This document shows, piece by piece, positions 62,175-64,000 of a stretch of 64,000 bases of DNA. Under the pieces are notes generated by a model, which saw only the letters and a list, made by a program, of their open reading frames with translations, was not told the DNA's origin and searched no databases. Numbering within the stretch: the first letter of the stretch is position 1; each line of letters begins with the position of its first letter. The translations under genes and the position numbers were made by a program. The stretch comes from Coriobacteriia bacterium (lineage in GTDB: Bacteria > Actinomycetota > Coriobacteriia > Coriobacteriales > QAMH01), in NCBI GenBank assembly GCA_003149935.1, contig QAMH01000010.1:14827-78826 (forward strand). The letters run 5' to 3'.

Positions 62175-64000
62175 TTACTCCGTGAAGTACCCCACGCCGC
62201 CTTCAATGAGCGGCTGGTAGCTCAGGTCCGGGATGTTCTGGTACACGCCCGCGCTCCAACGCTCGGTGTGCCCCATCTTGCCGAGCACGCGCCCGTCCGG
62301 ACTCGTGATGCCCTCGATGGCGAGCACCGAGCCATTGGGGTTCACGTCGAGGTCCATGCTCGGCATGCCATCCAGACCCACGTACTGCGTCGCGATCTGC
62401 CCGCTCTCGATAAGCTGCTCGAGCGTGTCATCGTTGGCGACAAAGCGTCCCTCGCCATGGCTGATGGCGACGGTATGGATGTCGCCCACCTCACAGCGCG
62501 AGAGCCACGGCGACAGGTTGGACGCCACGCGCGTGCGCACGATGCGGCTCTGGTGCCTGCCAATCGTGTTGAAGGTGAGCGTCGGACAGCCTGCATCGGT
62601 CGTGACGATATCGCCATAGGGCACCAATCCGAGCTTGACGAGCGCCTGGAAACCGTTGCAAATACCCAGCATGAGGCCATCACGATCGTTGAGCAGACGG
62701 CGCACCGCCTCCGTCACGTTGGGGTTGCGGAAGAACGCCGTGATGAACTTGGCGCTGCCATCGGGCTCGTCGCCACCGGAAAAGCCGCCGGGAATCATGA
62801 TGATCTGGCTGTTGTCGATTTTCTCGACAAAGGCACGCGTACTCTCTGCAACCGCATCCGGCGTCAGGTTGTTGATGATGAAGGTCTCGGGCAGGGCGCC
62901 GGCGCGCTCGAAGGCGAGCGCCGTGTCGTACTCGCAATTGTTGCCTGGAAAGACCGGAATGATGACGCGCGGCTTGGCAAGATTGCCGCAATACGTGAGC
63001 GGCACATGGCTCGCATCGCTGATCATGTCGACCCCGCCGCCATCCTCACGATACGGGAAGACGTCCTCGAGCTCGCTCTCCCATGCCTCCTGCAGCACGG
63101 CAAGACGCACGGTCTGCCCACCGGCAATGATCGCGTATTCCTCGATGGTCTCGCCCAGGTCAACCACGTGCATGTTCTCCGTCGATTCCGGAAGCTCCGC
63201 TCCGGGTGCCATCTCGACGGCGAAAGATCCGTACGCGTTGACGAACAGTGTGTCGAGATCGACCTCGTCGTTGATGCGCAGACCGATGCCGTTACCCAGG
63301 CACATCTTGAAGAGCAGCTCGGCATCTCCGCCGAAGCCCGGCGTGCCCACGGCGAGCACCTGACCGTCCTTGATAAGACGCTCGACCGTGTCGAGGCATT
63401 CGAGCAGACCGTCCTTCTCGGGCATGAGCCCATCGGCTTCGTAGAACGGATGGATGCACAGCACCATGTGCCCAGCGCCCTTGAACTCGGGGCTCATCGC
63501 ATGGTCGACCGTACCGACGGCCGTCGCGAAGCTCACGAGCGTGGGTGGAACATCGAGGTCCTCGAAGCTGCCCGACATGGAGTCCTTGCCACCAATGGAG
63601 CCCACGCCCAAATCGACCTGGGCCATGAGCGCGCCAAGCAGCGACGCGGCGGGCTTGCCCCAGCGCTCGGGGACGTCACGCAGCGAGCCAAAGTACTCCT
63701 GGAAGGTCAGATACGCGTCCTTGCGAGCAAAGCCCGCGGCCACGAGCTTTGCCACGCTCTCGACAACCGCGAGATACGCGCCCTTGAACTGATTGGCCGA
63801 CGATAGATACGGATTGAATCCCCAGGCCATGCCGCTCGTCGTGGTGGTTTCGCCCTCGACGGGAAGCTTGGCGATCATTGCCATGGGAGTGGTGAGCTGC
63901 CGTGCGCCGCCAAAGGGCATGAGCACCGTATTGGCGCCGATGGTGGAGTCGAACATCTCGACGAGGCCCTTGTTCGAGGCGACGTTGAGATCGGTAACGA
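62175..64000 (-). CDS. purL: Phosphoribosylformylglycinamidine synthase, single-chain type (C-terminal part; N-terminus beyond window)
   Basis: C-terminal glutamine amidotransferase with GICNGFQAL and HGEGRF. The reading frame stays open to the window edge. Confidence 0.9.
   Translation of the reverse strand, partial: VTDLNVASNKGLVEMFDSTIGANTVLMPFGGARQLTTPMAMIAKLPVEGETTTTSGMAWGFNPYLSSANQFKGAYLAVVESVAKLVAAGFARKDAYLTFQEYFGSLRDVPERWGKPAASLLGALMAQVDLGVGSIGGKDSMSGSFEDLDVPPTLVSFATAVGTVDHAMSPEFKGAGHMVLCIHPFYEADGLMPEKDGLLECLDTVERLIKDGQVLAVGTPGFGGDAELLFKMCLGNGIGLRINDEVDLDTLFVNAYGSFAVEMAPGAELPESTENMHVVDLGETIEEYAIIAGGQTVRLAVLQEAWESELEDVFPYREDGGGVDMISDASHVPLTYCGNLAKPRVIIPVFPGNNCEYDTALAFERAGALPETFIINNLTPDAVAESTRAFVEKIDNSQIIMIPGGFSGGDEPDGSAKFITAFFRNPNVTEAVRRLLNDRDGLMLGICNGFQALVKLGLVPYGDIVTTDAGCPTLTFNTIGRHQSRIVRTRVASNLSPWLSRCEVGDIHTVAISHGEGRFVANDDTLEQLIESGQIATQYVGLDGMPSMDLDVNPNGSVLAIEGITSPDGRVLGKMGHTERWSAGVYQNIPDLSYQPLIEGGVGYFTE

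Overview
High-GC bacterial chromosome segment. Hand counts of single 60-nt lines in core genes give 38-39/60 G+C. Three bis-MGD molybdoenzyme loci with 4Fe-4S/NrfD partners, a LysR-controlled reductase cassette and the rimP-nusA-ylxR-infB-rbfA-nrnA-truB-ribF order suggest an anaerobic actinobacterium of the Coriobacteriia/Eggerthellaceae type (inference only). Almost all credible genes are on the minus strand. The ORF track also holds many long antisense shadow ORFs, which I reject.

Layout:
- 0-1.4 kb: TetR regulator and SDR.
- 1.4-10 kb: accessory/defence patch. It holds a DUF4143-type AAA ATPase behind 33-bp tandem repeats. Next is a TerB / DUF2791-ATPase / DEAD-helicase triad (Shango-like SngABC) behind a LexA-box-like palindrome, then a low-GC ORC-like ATPase.
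- 10-16.2 kb: YjbQ, MBL hydrolase, APC permease plus a 33-aa membrane peptide, two MFS transporters, tRNA-Pro.
- 16.3-33 kb: minus-strand redox region. It holds SixA-CHAD, GNAT-MBL, flavin reductase, ferredoxin-DUF169, Zn-ribbon radical SAM, DUF2064 and a cytoplasmic Mo enzyme. These are followed by an HdrD-like protein, then a Tat-less Mo enzyme + 4Fe-4S + NrfD operon, and Mrp.
- 33.1-33.6 kb: four tRNAs.
- 33.6-48.7 kb: housekeeping genes (rpoD, dnaG, ribF ... rimP, leuS, mntP).
- 48.7-52.2 kb: hypotheticals and an M18 aminopeptidase.
- 52.2-61.1 kb: lower-GC island bounded by 120-bp direct repeats of the aminopeptidase 3' end. It carries a pyrogallol-transhydroxylase-like Mo enzyme, two MFS transporters, LysR and an esterase.
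- 61.3-64 kb: PIN/RelB module and purL (partial).

Several short interspersed repeat families overlie this map. Two of them sit in frame inside the Shango-like sngA and sngC genes.

Best candidates for something new:
- the integrase-less, repeat-bounded transhydroxylase island and its iteron-like end;
- the uncharacterised Mo-enzyme/DUF2064/radical-SAM/DUF169 gene string with its structured intercistronic element;
- the repeat-invaded, possibly SOS-controlled Shango-like operon;
- the Tat-less molybdoenzyme with a tandem aromatic C-terminal module.

All coordinates were indexed by hand. All family assignments are motif recognition from memory, not database searches.
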